Shown here one piece after another: positions 11,550-21,264 of a stretch of 64,000 nt of DNA (position 1 is its first letter; each line of letters begins with the position of its first letter). The translations under genes and the position numbers were made by a program. The stretch covers positions 6,176,001-6,240,000 of the forward strand of contig CAVUSO010000001.1 of the NCBI GenBank assembly GCA_963744145.1. The letters run 5' to 3'. The DNA comes from an uncultured cyanobacterium (GTDB lineage: Bacteria; Cyanobacteriota; Cyanobacteriia; Cyanobacteriales; CAWUOF01). The notes beneath the pieces are model-generated. The model was not told the DNA's origin and made no database searches. It was given only the letters and a program-made list of their open reading frames with translations.

Positions 11550-11707
11550 AATTGTACCCTAACAGATGCGAGGTAATGCTGATTGTCCCGTAGGTGCTCC
11601 AGTTCTCCGTCGCATATTTGCCGATCGCAGTTAATTATTAGAGTAGTCGATTAGCGATCGCTCCACCCGATTTGGGTGTGGTGGTTTTTTTGGGGAGCGA
11701 TCGCCAA
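11550..11707. repeat. 158-bp dispersed repeat, copy 2
   Basis: near-identical to 9620-9777. Confidence 0.85.
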
Positions 11708-11944
11708 AATGTCTTTCACTACTTCCAGAACCATGTCTTATAAATGCGATCGCCCCAAATCCCCCCAATCACAAGACCATTCAACTAGAAGCGATCGCAC
11801 TACTCCCAGCACCAGGTCTTTTGAATGCGATCGCTCCAAATTCCCCCAGCACAAGGCCATTAAACTAGAAGCGATCGCTCTGGGCGACCTCATCAAACCA
11901 GTAGCGACCCACCGATCTGTCCCAGTATCAATTAAGCAAATAGC

Positions 11945-12075
11945 AAATATAAAGTTAACGTGAAGTGTAATTTACAGAGTTTTATATAGTATAGGGATTT
12001 TATCTTCGAGGAAATATAAAGTTTCTGTATCTTTAGAAAAACCTGTTGACAGGAATTTAATTATTTTTGTATTCT
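11945..12075 (+). promoter_or_regulatory. putative promoter of precursor 1
   Basis: AAATATAAAGTT at 11945 and 12012; TTGACA 12046-12051, 18 nt spacer, TATTCT 12070-12075; block conserved at 20431-20563. Confidence 0.6.
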
Positions 12076-12111
12076 TTTTTTATATGACCCCTATATTAAA
12101 GGTATTCAACA

Positions 12112-12276
12112 ATGTCAATTATCAAAAACACCAAGAAGCGCGTCGTCAAAGAAGAGAATAAAAGTCTGAGTCTCATGCTGTCGGAGTCCGATTCGGAGTC
12201 CGATTTGCTGTTGCTGTCGGAGTCCGATTTGCGGGCCGTGGTCGGCGGGAAGCAATTCAATGCCCAACGGGTATAG
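12112..12276 (+). CDS. double-glycine-leader precursor peptide 1 (54 aa; predicted core KQFNAQRV)
   Basis: MSIIKNTKKRVVKEENKSLSLMLSESDSESDLLLLSESDLRAVVGG|KQFNAQRV; paralogue of 20596-20721. Confidence 0.8.
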   Translation: MSIIKNTKKRVVKEENKSLSLMLSESDSESDLLLLSESDLRAVVGGKQFNAQRV

Positions 12277-12687
12277 TGGTAGGCATTAACAAGCAGAACC
12301 CCAAAAAAAATCAAACCAACCCATATTTAATATTCACTTCAAAAAAAGCAACAGAAGAAAGCTTCTTAAAATCCTAACCCATTAGATGAGTAGCGATCGC
12401 GCCAGATTGCGCGAGAAATAGATTAGGTACGCAAATCCTTTGTTTTAGGATTTCATTACCTGCCAAGGGGGGTATTCCCACGGGAGAACCGGGCCAAAGA
12501 TGCCTGTTTCTCCCTAGATTTTTTTAACAAATCAACAAAAATGTCATCTAAAATACAGAAATTCGGCAAAAAATCGTTCCAAGAGACAAGAATCCCTAGA
12601 AAAACGCAAAAATCGCTAAAAATAGGAATAATGATTTAAAAAAACCATCATAAATTTAGGACTAAAACAATTAGCCAAAATAAATTT

Positions 12688-13446
12688 TTAAGCAACAGCC
12701 ATAATTTCGGGATTAGTTTCTAACCAAAGTTCCCAAAATCTTTGTGCTTCATCATCTTTTTTCTTCGGTGTTTTTTTGAGAGAGTTTTGGTTTTCTTTTC
12801 CGGGTTTCCTTTCCCGACTTTTTGAAGGAGTTTTAGTTAATTTTGGCAATAAACTATTTCCCCAAAAAAACCTTTTTGGAGATTTGGATTTCGGTTGATA
12901 TTGATGACAAAAACCCTGATATTTCCTCGCACAATCATCCAAAGTTTCACCCAAAGTCAAAAAAGCCGGATGCCAAGTGGTTAACCCATCATCCCCTAAT
13001 CTTTCATAAACACCATAATTAGAAAAATCATAGAAAAAATCCTGTTGCATTCCCGCAGCTTTGGGATTAGCGTGGATGTACCTCAAAGTATTTAAAGCGC
13101 GTTTTCGATCAGCATTAGAAAAACTGGTAGCATTATATCTTTTTTCCCAGAAGCTTGTGGTGAGCGAAGTCGAACCATGCCCAGTCCGGTTAAGCATTCG
13201 GTTAAAACACATAGCAGAATACCAATTAATTAAGTGCATAATTTTCGGTAAATCTTCAGCTTTTTGTGGTTCAATTAAATAATGAATGTGATTAGACATA
13301 ATACATAAACCATAAAGTTTGAAATCATATTTCTCTATGGTTTTTTTGAGAATATAAAGAAAGACTTGGCGACATTCTAGACGCATTAAGCGAAATTCAC
13401 GATTATTGCATCGAGTAGTAATATGATAAGAAAAGTGATGAGACAT
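12688..13446 (-). mobile_element. REP-associated tyrosine transposase (RAYT, Y1 HUH family)
   Basis: YHITTRCNNRE, MSNHIHYL (HUH), FWEKRY, RYIHANP (catalytic Tyr); in-frame 24-nt insertion at 13153-13176. Confidence 0.85.
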
Positions 13447-13603
13447 AAATAATGGTCTTTCTCGCTGGTTGCTTATGTGGAAAAGCTTTATCGTTAAGTA
13501 TACCGTTTATGGTAGACAGCGAGCGATCGCCGACTTCGTGGGAGTTGGAGATTGTCATCAATAAATATGGACCTTGGCAGGCTTTTTATTCCTTAGAATT
13601 ATT

Positions 13604-15232
13604 ATGGTAAACGCTCAAGATAACAAAAACAAAGAGAGGATTTTCCGGGCTGAATCTTTAGAACGCTTATCCTCACCAGAACGTCTTGACCAACTGATGC
13701 AGGTACTAGCACCCTTAGATTGGCTGATCTTGGTAGTTTTTAGTGGTTTGGGAATTTTAGGTGTCGGTTGGAGTATTCTTGGTCGCATTCCAATTACGGT
13801 CGAAGGTAAGGGGATATTTATGCAACCTCGACAAGTTGTTGAGCTTCAGTCGGCGATTAGTGGACAGTTAAAGTCTTTAAATGTCAGTAATGGTAAGTGT
13901 TTTAAAAAAGATGAAGTATTGGCTACTGTCGAGCCGCTCGAACTCCAAAATCAGTTAAAATTGTCGCAAGAAAAACTAGCTCAGTTACAGAAACAAGATT
14001 TAGAAGCAACGCTAATATTAAGCCAAAGGATGACCTTAGAAAAAACTACGATCGCGGCTAGTCAAATTAGCTTACAAAAACGGTTACAAGATGCTCAAAA
14101 TTTAACCCCGATTCTCAAGGAAAAAAGTACCGATGCGATCGGGAAACAAAAATTAAGTTTACAGCAACGATTACAGGATACAAAAGCCTTTACTCCAGCA
14201 CTGAAAGAAAAGGGATTAACAGCGATCGCTCAACAGCGAATTAGTCTGCAACAAAGATTAAAAGATGCGGAAAAGATTGCCGTTGTGCTGCAACAAAAAT
14301 TTCAGCGACATAGCGAACTTGCTAAAAGTGGAGGTATATCAATAGACTCAGTATTACAGGTAGAACAAGAATATCAAGAAGGAGTTCAGAAAATAGCCGA
14401 TCTCCAAGCTCAATTAAAACAACTGGATCTCACGGAAACTCAAACTGAGCAAACCTACCAAGATAGTGTTAATAAAATTGGCGAAATGCAAGCCCAGTTA
14501 CAAGATTTGGAAGTGCAAAGTGTAAAAACTGAGCGGGAATATTTAGATAATCTGCGCTCAATTAGTGATACTGAATCTCAGTTGCAAGAACTAGATACTA
14601 AAAATAAACGACTAGATCAAGAAACTCTAGAAACGTCAACTCAACGGAAAAAAGAACTCCAAGAAGTTCAGCGAGAAATTAGTAAGATTCAGGAACAAAT
14701 AACTAACAACAGTAGGATTTTAAGCTCTCAAGATGGCTGTATTTTAGAATTAACTGCTACTTTGGGGCAAGTGGTGCAACCTAGCAGTAAATTGGGTAGT
14801 ATCCGGGTAGGAAATGAGGAAAATCTCGGGCAAGCAATGGCTTATTTTCAGATTAAAGATGGTAAGCAAATCAAACCGAAGATGTTGATTCATGTAACAC
14901 CAGATACCTTACAAAGAGAGCGTTTTGGTGGTATTGTGGGTGAAGTGACTGCGGTTTCTGCTCTCCCCGTAACTCCCGAAGGAACCGTAGCTATGATCGG
15001 CAATTCCCAAATTGTCAAAAATCTAATTGGGGAGGGAGGAACAGCGATCGAAATTACTGCCAAATTGACGACAGACCCCCACAATCCTAGCGGTTATAAG
15101 TGGTCTTCCTCTCAAGGTCCAGACTCGCCGATTACATCAGGAACTACAGCAACAGTAAGGGTCACAATTGAAGAAAGAGCGCCAATTACTTTTGTTTTAC
15201 CTTTCTTACGGGAATTAGTTGGTACTAAATAA
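13604..15232 (+). CDS. NHLM bacteriocin-system secretion protein (HlyD-family adaptor)
   Basis: IFRAESLERLSSPERLDQLM, one TM helix, long coiled coil, RERFGGIVG, YKWSSSQGP, ERAPITFVLP. Confidence 0.9.
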   Translation: MVNAQDNKNKERIFRAESLERLSSPERLDQLMQVLAPLDWLILVVFSGLGILGVGWSILGRIPITVEGKGIFMQPRQVVELQSAISGQLKSLNVSNGKCFKKDEVLATVEPLELQNQLKLSQEKLAQLQKQDLEATLILSQRMTLEKTTIAASQISLQKRLQDAQNLTPILKEKSTDAIGKQKLSLQQRLQDTKAFTPALKEKGLTAIAQQRISLQQRLKDAEKIAVVLQQKFQRHSELAKSGGISIDSVLQVEQEYQEGVQKIADLQAQLKQLDLTETQTEQTYQDSVNKIGEMQAQLQDLEVQSVKTEREYLDNLRSISDTESQLQELDTKNKRLDQETLETSTQRKKELQEVQREISKIQEQITNNSRILSSQDGCILELTATLGQVVQPSSKLGSIRVGNEENLGQAMAYFQIKDGKQIKPKMLIHVTPDTLQRERFGGIVGEVTAVSALPVTPEGTVAMIGNSQIVKNLIGEGGTAIEITAKLTTDPHNPSGYKWSSSQGPDSPITSGTTATVRVTIEERAPITFVLPFLRELVGTK

Positions 15233-15240
15233 CTAAAAAA

Positions 15241-17472
15241 ATGCGATCGATGATGCAATGGTTCAAAAACTTCATCAACTCCAGAGAAAAACCTGAATAC
15301 GCCAACATTCGCGTTAAAACTCCTACTCTATTGCAGATGGAAGCAACTGAATGTGGTGCGGTGGCTTTAGGAATTATATTGAGCTATTACCGACGAATTG
15401 TTTCCTTACCAGAACTGCGAATTGGTTGCGGTGTTTCCCGTGATGGTGCTAACGCTTGGAACCTACTCAAAGCTGCTAAAAGCTATGGGATGATTGCCGA
15501 TGGGTTTAAGAGCGAAATCGATACCCTGCAAAAGATTGAGCCGCCTTATATTGTGTTTTGGAACTTCAATCATTTTCTAGTTGTAGAAGGTTTTGTGGGG
15601 CATCGGGTCTATCTCAATGACCCAGCAACTGGCCCCCGGCGCGTGACCATCCAGGAGTTTGATGAAGGTTTTACAGGTGTGGTTTTGATCATGGAACCCG
15701 GACCTGACTTTGCCGAATGTGGACAAAATCCCAGTATAATTGGTGCTTTATATTCACGTCTGAAAAATTCTTGGTCGGAACTATTATTTTGTATTATTAT
15801 CGGTTTTTTATTGGTAATCCCTAGTTTAGCACTGGCTGCAATGAGCCAGGTATTTGTTGATAATGTGCTGATTCAAAAGCACTACGAATGGCTAAAACCT
15901 CTTTTGCTAGGAATGGGTGGACTCTTATTTTTGCAAGCATTAATGACTTTGCTACGATTGCGAAAACTGAGATATTTGAATTTGCGCTTATCGATCAGCA
16001 TGACAGGGCAGTTTTTGTGGCATATATTGCATTTACCTGTAGAGTTCTACGCCCAACGTTTTGCAGGTGAAATTAGTAACCGAATTGGAATTAATAGTAA
16101 AGTAGCAGGGGTACTGTCGGGACAGTTGGCAAGAACTGTGATTGACGGGGTGATGATCTTTTTCTACGGCGCTGCGATGTTTGCTTATGATTGGGTGCTG
16201 ACCCTAATGGGAATAGTTGGGGTGGCGGTGGATATTATTTTTGTCCGGTTGATGTCTCGCCACTGGACTGATTTGAGTATGAGAATATCCCAGGATGGTG
16301 GGAAGTTAGCCGGGGTTGAAATTGCAGCTTTGCAAAGTATCGAAACAATTAAAGCAGGAGCTTTGGAGTCAGATTATTTTGCTCGTTGGGCCGGATATTA
16401 TGCGAAGCTAACCACAGCCCAACAGGAAATGAGCCAAAATCAACAATGGGTATCTCTGTTACCGTCTCTGGTGTCTTCTTTGATTTCAATGTCGGTGTTG
16501 GTGATGGGAGGGATACGGGTGATTGATGGACACCTGACCATTGGGATGTTAATTGCTTTTCAGGGGTTGATGGGGCGGTTTCAAGATCCTGTAAATACTT
16601 TAGTGAGCTTGGGAACGACAATTCAGACGTTGGATGGGGATATGAAACGCTTAGATGATGTATTGCGCCATCCCCTAGACCCTAGCTCTAATCAAGCCAC
16701 TCCTACTTGGTCTGCTGATCGCTATCGCTTGCAAGGATATGTAGAACTTCGTAATATTACTTTTGGCTATAGTCATGTGAATCCGCCACTAATTGAAAAT
16801 TTCAGTTGTAGACTGGAACCAGGGCAACGGGTGGCTTTTGTCGGTAGTAGTGGTTCGGGCAAATCTACACTATCGAAACTGATTACAGGATTGTATACAT
16901 CTTGGGAGGGGGAGATTTTATTTGATGGTTTATCCCGACAGAAAATTCCTCGTTCGGTAATGGCAAATTCTCTGGCACTGGTGGAACAGGAAATTTTTCT
17001 GTTTGAGGGAACAATTAGGGAAAATTTGACTCTTTGGGATGAAACAATTCCTGATCAGCAGTTAATTAGAGCTTGTCAAGATGCAGAAATTTTAGATGTA
17101 GTTATGGCAATTCCTGGTGGATTGGATGGAAAATTACTCGAAGCTGGAGCCAATTTGAGTGGAGGACAGCGCCAAAGGTTAGAAATTGCTCGCGCTTTAG
17201 TTCATAATCCGGCAATTTTGGTAATGGATGAGGCTACTTCGGCTTTGGATGCTCAAACAGAAAAGCGGATTGATCGAAATTTACGACGACGGGGTTGTAC
17301 TTGCATTATTGTTGCCCATCGTCTGAGTACAATTCGCGATTGTGATGAAATTATTGTGTTGGAACGAGGTAAAGTGGTGCAACGCGGCACCCATGAGTCA
17401 ATGAAGAGAGAAGATGGTGTTTATGCGCGATTAATTGGGATGGGTTTGCATAGCGATATGGAACTAAACTGA
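15241..17472 (+). CDS. peptidase-containing ABC transporter (C39 + TMD + ATPase), NHLM type
   Basis: LQMEATECGA (catalytic Cys), WNFNHFLVV (His), GSSGSGKS, LSGGQRQR, DEATSALD. Confidence 0.93.
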   Translation: MRSMMQWFKNFINSREKPEYANIRVKTPTLLQMEATECGAVALGIILSYYRRIVSLPELRIGCGVSRDGANAWNLLKAAKSYGMIADGFKSEIDTLQKIEPPYIVFWNFNHFLVVEGFVGHRVYLNDPATGPRRVTIQEFDEGFTGVVLIMEPGPDFAECGQNPSIIGALYSRLKNSWSELLFCIIIGFLLVIPSLALAAMSQVFVDNVLIQKHYEWLKPLLLGMGGLLFLQALMTLLRLRKLRYLNLRLSISMTGQFLWHILHLPVEFYAQRFAGEISNRIGINSKVAGVLSGQLARTVIDGVMIFFYGAAMFAYDWVLTLMGIVGVAVDIIFVRLMSRHWTDLSMRISQDGGKLAGVEIAALQSIETIKAGALESDYFARWAGYYAKLTTAQQEMSQNQQWVSLLPSLVSSLISMSVLVMGGIRVIDGHLTIGMLIAFQGLMGRFQDPVNTLVSLGTTIQTLDGDMKRLDDVLRHPLDPSSNQATPTWSADRYRLQGYVELRNITFGYSHVNPPLIENFSCRLEPGQRVAFVGSSGSGKSTLSKLITGLYTSWEGEILFDGLSRQKIPRSVMANSLALVEQEIFLFEGTIRENLTLWDETIPDQQLIRACQDAEILDVVMAIPGGLDGKLLEAGANLSGGQRQRLEIARALVHNPAILVMDEATSALDAQTEKRIDRNLRRRGCTCIIVAHRLSTIRDCDEIIVLERGKVVQRGTHESMKREDGVYARLIGMGLHSDMELN

Positions 17473-17477
17473 ATTAG

Positions 17478-20198
17478 ATGTCAAACGGTCGAAATTTTAA
17501 TGGGTCTGAATTGGTAATAAATAGCAATAGCCCTTTCCCTCTCAACATACAGGATCGGGTTTTTTGCGTAAAATCTGGATTGATCGCAGTATTTGCGATC
17601 GCTACTACCAACAACATACCGCAAGGAGCAAGGCGCTATCTATTCGATGTGAGTCCAGGGGAGATTTTATTGGGAATAGCACCAATTTGGGAGGGCCGCT
17701 CCTACCAATTGATCGCTATAGCTTATGAAGAAACGCAATTAGTTTCGATTTCGCTGATCGATTGGATTAAGCAGACACCAGTAAGACCACATTTACAACA
17801 ATGGAGCGATCGCCTAGTGGGGGTTTTCCGAGAGGCATCTATTGATTTTAATGGTATTAAATCAGCACAGCTAGATGATCTGGAATCTCAGGGGGATACT
17901 GCTGAGGAGACATGGCATAAACTCCTAGACAACCTTCACTCTAACTTTTTATTTAGCTTAAACCAACTCGAACTAGAGGAAGCATCAATACAAGCCGAAC
18001 TATTTCGATCGCGTCTAAAACTCAAGGATACTGCAAAGGAAAAAGCATTAGGGAATCTTACTGCTGTTTTTCGATCCAAAAAAATCAAATCACCCCAAGC
18101 AGAAGAAACGACATTGTTAATGGCAGCGGGGGCTGTAGGACGGGCGATGGGGATAGAGATTCGTCCACCTGCAAAATCAGAAAATCTTCAGCGAGTTAGT
18201 GATCCACTATTGGCGATCGCCCGTGCTTCACGAATTCGCACCCGTCAGATCATTTTAAGCGGAAATTGGTGGCAGTTCGATTGTGGTCCAATCTTGGCTT
18301 ATTATCAAAGATCAGAAAATGAAAATGAAACTCCTGTTGCACTCCTACCAGCAGGTAGAAACCATTATGAAATTTTCGATCCTGAAACTCAGCGTCGTAT
18401 TCCCCTAAATCAGAAAACAGCTAAACATATCTCAATTGTAGCCTTTGTTTTCTATCGTTCTTTTCCTGAAAAAGTTCTGAAAGCAATTGATATCCTCAAA
18501 TTTGCCACCCAAGGTACTCTTCAAGAAGCAGCAATAATTTTGGGTTTGGGAGCTGTGGTTTCCTTGTTGGGAATGCTGACACCCCAAGTAACAGGTATTT
18601 TAATCGATCATGCTATTCCTAGTGGCGATCGCGGTTTAATTTGGCAATTAGCACTGGGTTTATTAGCAGTTAGTTTTGGCACTATATTGTTAGATTTAGT
18701 CGAGGGCGTCGCGACGATTCGTTTACAAACATTAGCCGAAATTCAGACAGAAGCTGCTACTTGGGATCGACTCCTGAAATTACCTCCCAATTTCTTTCGT
18801 CAGTTTTCCCTCGGCGATCTGCAAATGCGGCTTTCTGGAATTACCTATCTCCACCAAATCCTTAGCAGCACTTTAATAGGAACTATTTTTCACAGTTTTT
18901 TTGCACTGTTAAATTTAGGGTTGCTGCTTTTTTATAATTTTCAATTAGCTTTAGTAGCGATCGCGATCGCCCTGCTGAATACATTAGTAACAATAGCTTC
19001 CTATTTTATCTCCCGTCAAAGTATAGCTGAAAACAAACAATTAAGCGGAGAAATCTTTGGACTGATGGTGCAATTAATCGCCGGGATATCAAAACTACGG
19101 GTAGCGGATGCAGAGGAGAGGGCTTTTGCCCATTGGTCGAAAAAATTTGGTCAGCAACAAGAAATGATGGTAAACATGGCTGCTGTCCAAGATTGGGTGA
19201 CGCTATTTAATACGATTTTGCCAACGATTAGCTCGATTTTAGTTTACGGGTTGGGCGTAGTGCTGATTACCGAAGCCCAGACTCACGGACAGACCGGGTT
19301 TTCAACAGGAACATTTTTGGCATTTAATGCAGCATTCGGCACTTTTGTAGGTGGTGTAACTGGTTTGAGTAATGCCTTTGTGAATACAATGCAAGTCTCA
19401 ATTATCTGGAAGCGGATTCAGCCGATTTTGGTGGAAAAAACGGAGGTTGATCAGAATAAAAATGATCCGGGAAGACTAACAGGTGAGGTTAAGATTGATC
19501 ATGTTAGTTTCCGCTATGGGAAAGATAGCCCATTAATCTTAAATCAGGTGACAATAGAGGCTAAACCGGGTGAATTTATCGCTTTAGTTGGTCCTTCCGG
19601 TAGTGGTAAGTCAACCATTGTCAGATTACTATTAGGGTTCGAGCAACCTGAACAGGGAAAGGTTTATTATGATCGTCAGGACTTGACTAACTTAGATATT
19701 TTAGCAGTACGACGACAGTTGGGAGTGATGTTACAGGATGGCAAGATTAATAGCGCTTCGATTTTTGAGAATATTTCTGGTGGTGCTTTAGTAACAATGG
19801 ATGAGGCTTGGGAAGCCGCCAGAATGGCTGGTTTTGCCTCGGATATTCAGGAATTCCCGATGGGGATGTATACAGTAATTTCGGAAGGGGGGACGAATAT
19901 TTCAGGGGGACAGCGCCAACGGTTATTAATAGCGCGATCGCTTGTGTTAAAGCCAAAGATTTTGATTTTTGACGAAGCGACGAGTGCTTTAGATAATCAA
20001 ACACAGACGATTATCAGTGAAAGTTTGAATAGTTTGCAAGTAACTCGGATTATTATTGCTCACCGTTTGAGTACAATTCGTTATGCTGATCGAATTTATG
20101 TAATTGTCGCAGGGAAAGTTGTACAGCAGGGCAATTTTGAGGAATTGATGGCACAATCAGGAATGTTTGCTGATTTAATGGCGCGACAATTGGTTTAG
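17478..20198 (+). CDS. NHLM bacteriocin-system ABC transporter, partner without a peptidase domain
   Basis: WWQFDCGPILA, TMD, GPSGSGKS, ISGGQRQR, DEATSALD. Confidence 0.9.
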   Translation: MSNGRNFNGSELVINSNSPFPLNIQDRVFCVKSGLIAVFAIATTNNIPQGARRYLFDVSPGEILLGIAPIWEGRSYQLIAIAYEETQLVSISLIDWIKQTPVRPHLQQWSDRLVGVFREASIDFNGIKSAQLDDLESQGDTAEETWHKLLDNLHSNFLFSLNQLELEEASIQAELFRSRLKLKDTAKEKALGNLTAVFRSKKIKSPQAEETTLLMAAGAVGRAMGIEIRPPAKSENLQRVSDPLLAIARASRIRTRQIILSGNWWQFDCGPILAYYQRSENENETPVALLPAGRNHYEIFDPETQRRIPLNQKTAKHISIVAFVFYRSFPEKVLKAIDILKFATQGTLQEAAIILGLGAVVSLLGMLTPQVTGILIDHAIPSGDRGLIWQLALGLLAVSFGTILLDLVEGVATIRLQTLAEIQTEAATWDRLLKLPPNFFRQFSLGDLQMRLSGITYLHQILSSTLIGTIFHSFFALLNLGLLLFYNFQLALVAIAIALLNTLVTIASYFISRQSIAENKQLSGEIFGLMVQLIAGISKLRVADAEERAFAHWSKKFGQQQEMMVNMAAVQDWVTLFNTILPTISSILVYGLGVVLITEAQTHGQTGFSTGTFLAFNAAFGTFVGGVTGLSNAFVNTMQVSIIWKRIQPILVEKTEVDQNKNDPGRLTGEVKIDHVSFRYGKDSPLILNQVTIEAKPGEFIALVGPSGSGKSTIVRLLLGFEQPEQGKVYYDRQDLTNLDILAVRRQLGVMLQDGKINSASIFENISGGALVTMDEAWEAARMAGFASDIQEFPMGMYTVISEGGTNISGGQRQRLLIARSLVLKPKILIFDEATSALDNQTQTIISESLNSLQVTRIIIAHRLSTIRYADRIYVIVAGKVVQQGNFEELMAQSGMFADLMARQLV

Positions 20199-20430
20199 TT
20201 TTCAAAATCTCAGCTTTGGAAATATATATCTGAGTTAGCGATCGCTCTCACCCCCACAATTTGTCTCAGTAGCGACCTATCTATCTGCTCCAGTATCGAT
20301 TTAGTAGCAACCGAAACAGAATTTATTAGTTTCTTTTATTACTTGTAAGCTATTAATTGATTTATCGCTAATAGAATAATATTGTGATTCATATCACGGT
20401 TATAATCAATACGCATCACAATACTAATAT

Positions 20431-20563
20431 AAATATAAAGTTAATGTGAAGTATGATTTATAGAGTTTTAAGGGATTATCGGGATTTTATCTTCGAGGAA
20501 ATATAAAGTTTCTGTGAGTTTAAGGAAAGTGTATTGACTATTGATTAATTATTTTTGTATCTT
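20431..20563 (+). promoter_or_regulatory. putative promoter of precursor 2
   Basis: AAATATAAAGTT at 20431 and 20499; TTGACT 20534-20539, 18 nt spacer, TATCTT 20558-20563; paralogous to 11945-12075. Confidence 0.6.
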
Positions 20564-20595
20564 TTTGATTATCAAAAGAAAAAGAGTATTCAACA

Positions 20596-20721
20596 ATGTT
20601 AATTACCAACAAAACCAAGAAGCGCGTCGTCAAGGAAGAGAATAAGGGGATTAGTCAGTTGTCGGAGTCCGATTTGCGGGGCGTCGTGGGGGGTCAGTAC
20701 AAGAACTGGAAAACTACATAG
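20596..20721 (+). CDS. double-glycine-leader precursor peptide 2 (41 aa; predicted core QYKNWKTT)
   Basis: MLITNKTKKRVVKEENKGISQLSESDLRGVVGG|QYKNWKTT. Confidence 0.82.
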   Translation: MLITNKTKKRVVKEENKGISQLSESDLRGVVGGQYKNWKTT

Positions 20722-20828
20722 AAATTGATTCGGTACACAAATTCAATGGTTAGGAATTTCACAAGCTTTTCTAATTACCGATAATTGCAACGCAAACCAA
20801 TTGTTAATAATCAAAGGAGAATAATACT

Positions 20829-20987
20829 ATGGCTAATAACCAAAAAGGGAAGAAAATTATACAAGACAAGTCAGCATCAGCATCCAGTTTGCTTCCTGAT
20901 GGTATTCAATTTTTGTCGGAGTCTGCTCTTGTGGGTGTTGTGGGGGGAGGTCCTAACTTGCAAAGAGGCAAGATTATCGAATTATAA
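20829..20987 (+). CDS. double-glycine-leader precursor peptide 3 (52 aa; predicted core GPNLQRGKIIEL)
   Basis: AAAGGAG RBS; MANNQKGKKIIQDKSASASSLLPDGIQFLSESALVGVVGG|GPNLQRGKIIEL. Confidence 0.8.
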   Translation: MANNQKGKKIIQDKSASASSLLPDGIQFLSESALVGVVGGGPNLQRGKIIEL

Positions 20988-21264
20988 TAGCATCAGCAGC
21001 GGATGAAAATTGATAAACAGGGACTCCTATTTCCTCAAAAACTTACTCTTAAACTAGAAGCGATCGCCCTCAACTACACAATCAAACCAAAAATGATCGC
21101 TCTCAGTAGCAGCAGAGTCTAATTTTCTGAGAACTGCGATCGCAAGTATATCTAGTATTATTTTCTCGCGAAGTAATGCAAATCTTATTTCAGCTAATCT
21201 AACATTAGCGAACTTAACAGCAGCAAACTTAGCTCAAGCCAATCTAAGCTCTGCTAATTTCTCA

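Noticed and set aside
12096..12314. ORF-track minus-strand 72-aa ORF (and plus-strand 20785-21006)
   Set aside because: Shadow frames of the precursor genes, which have the leader motif and paralogy
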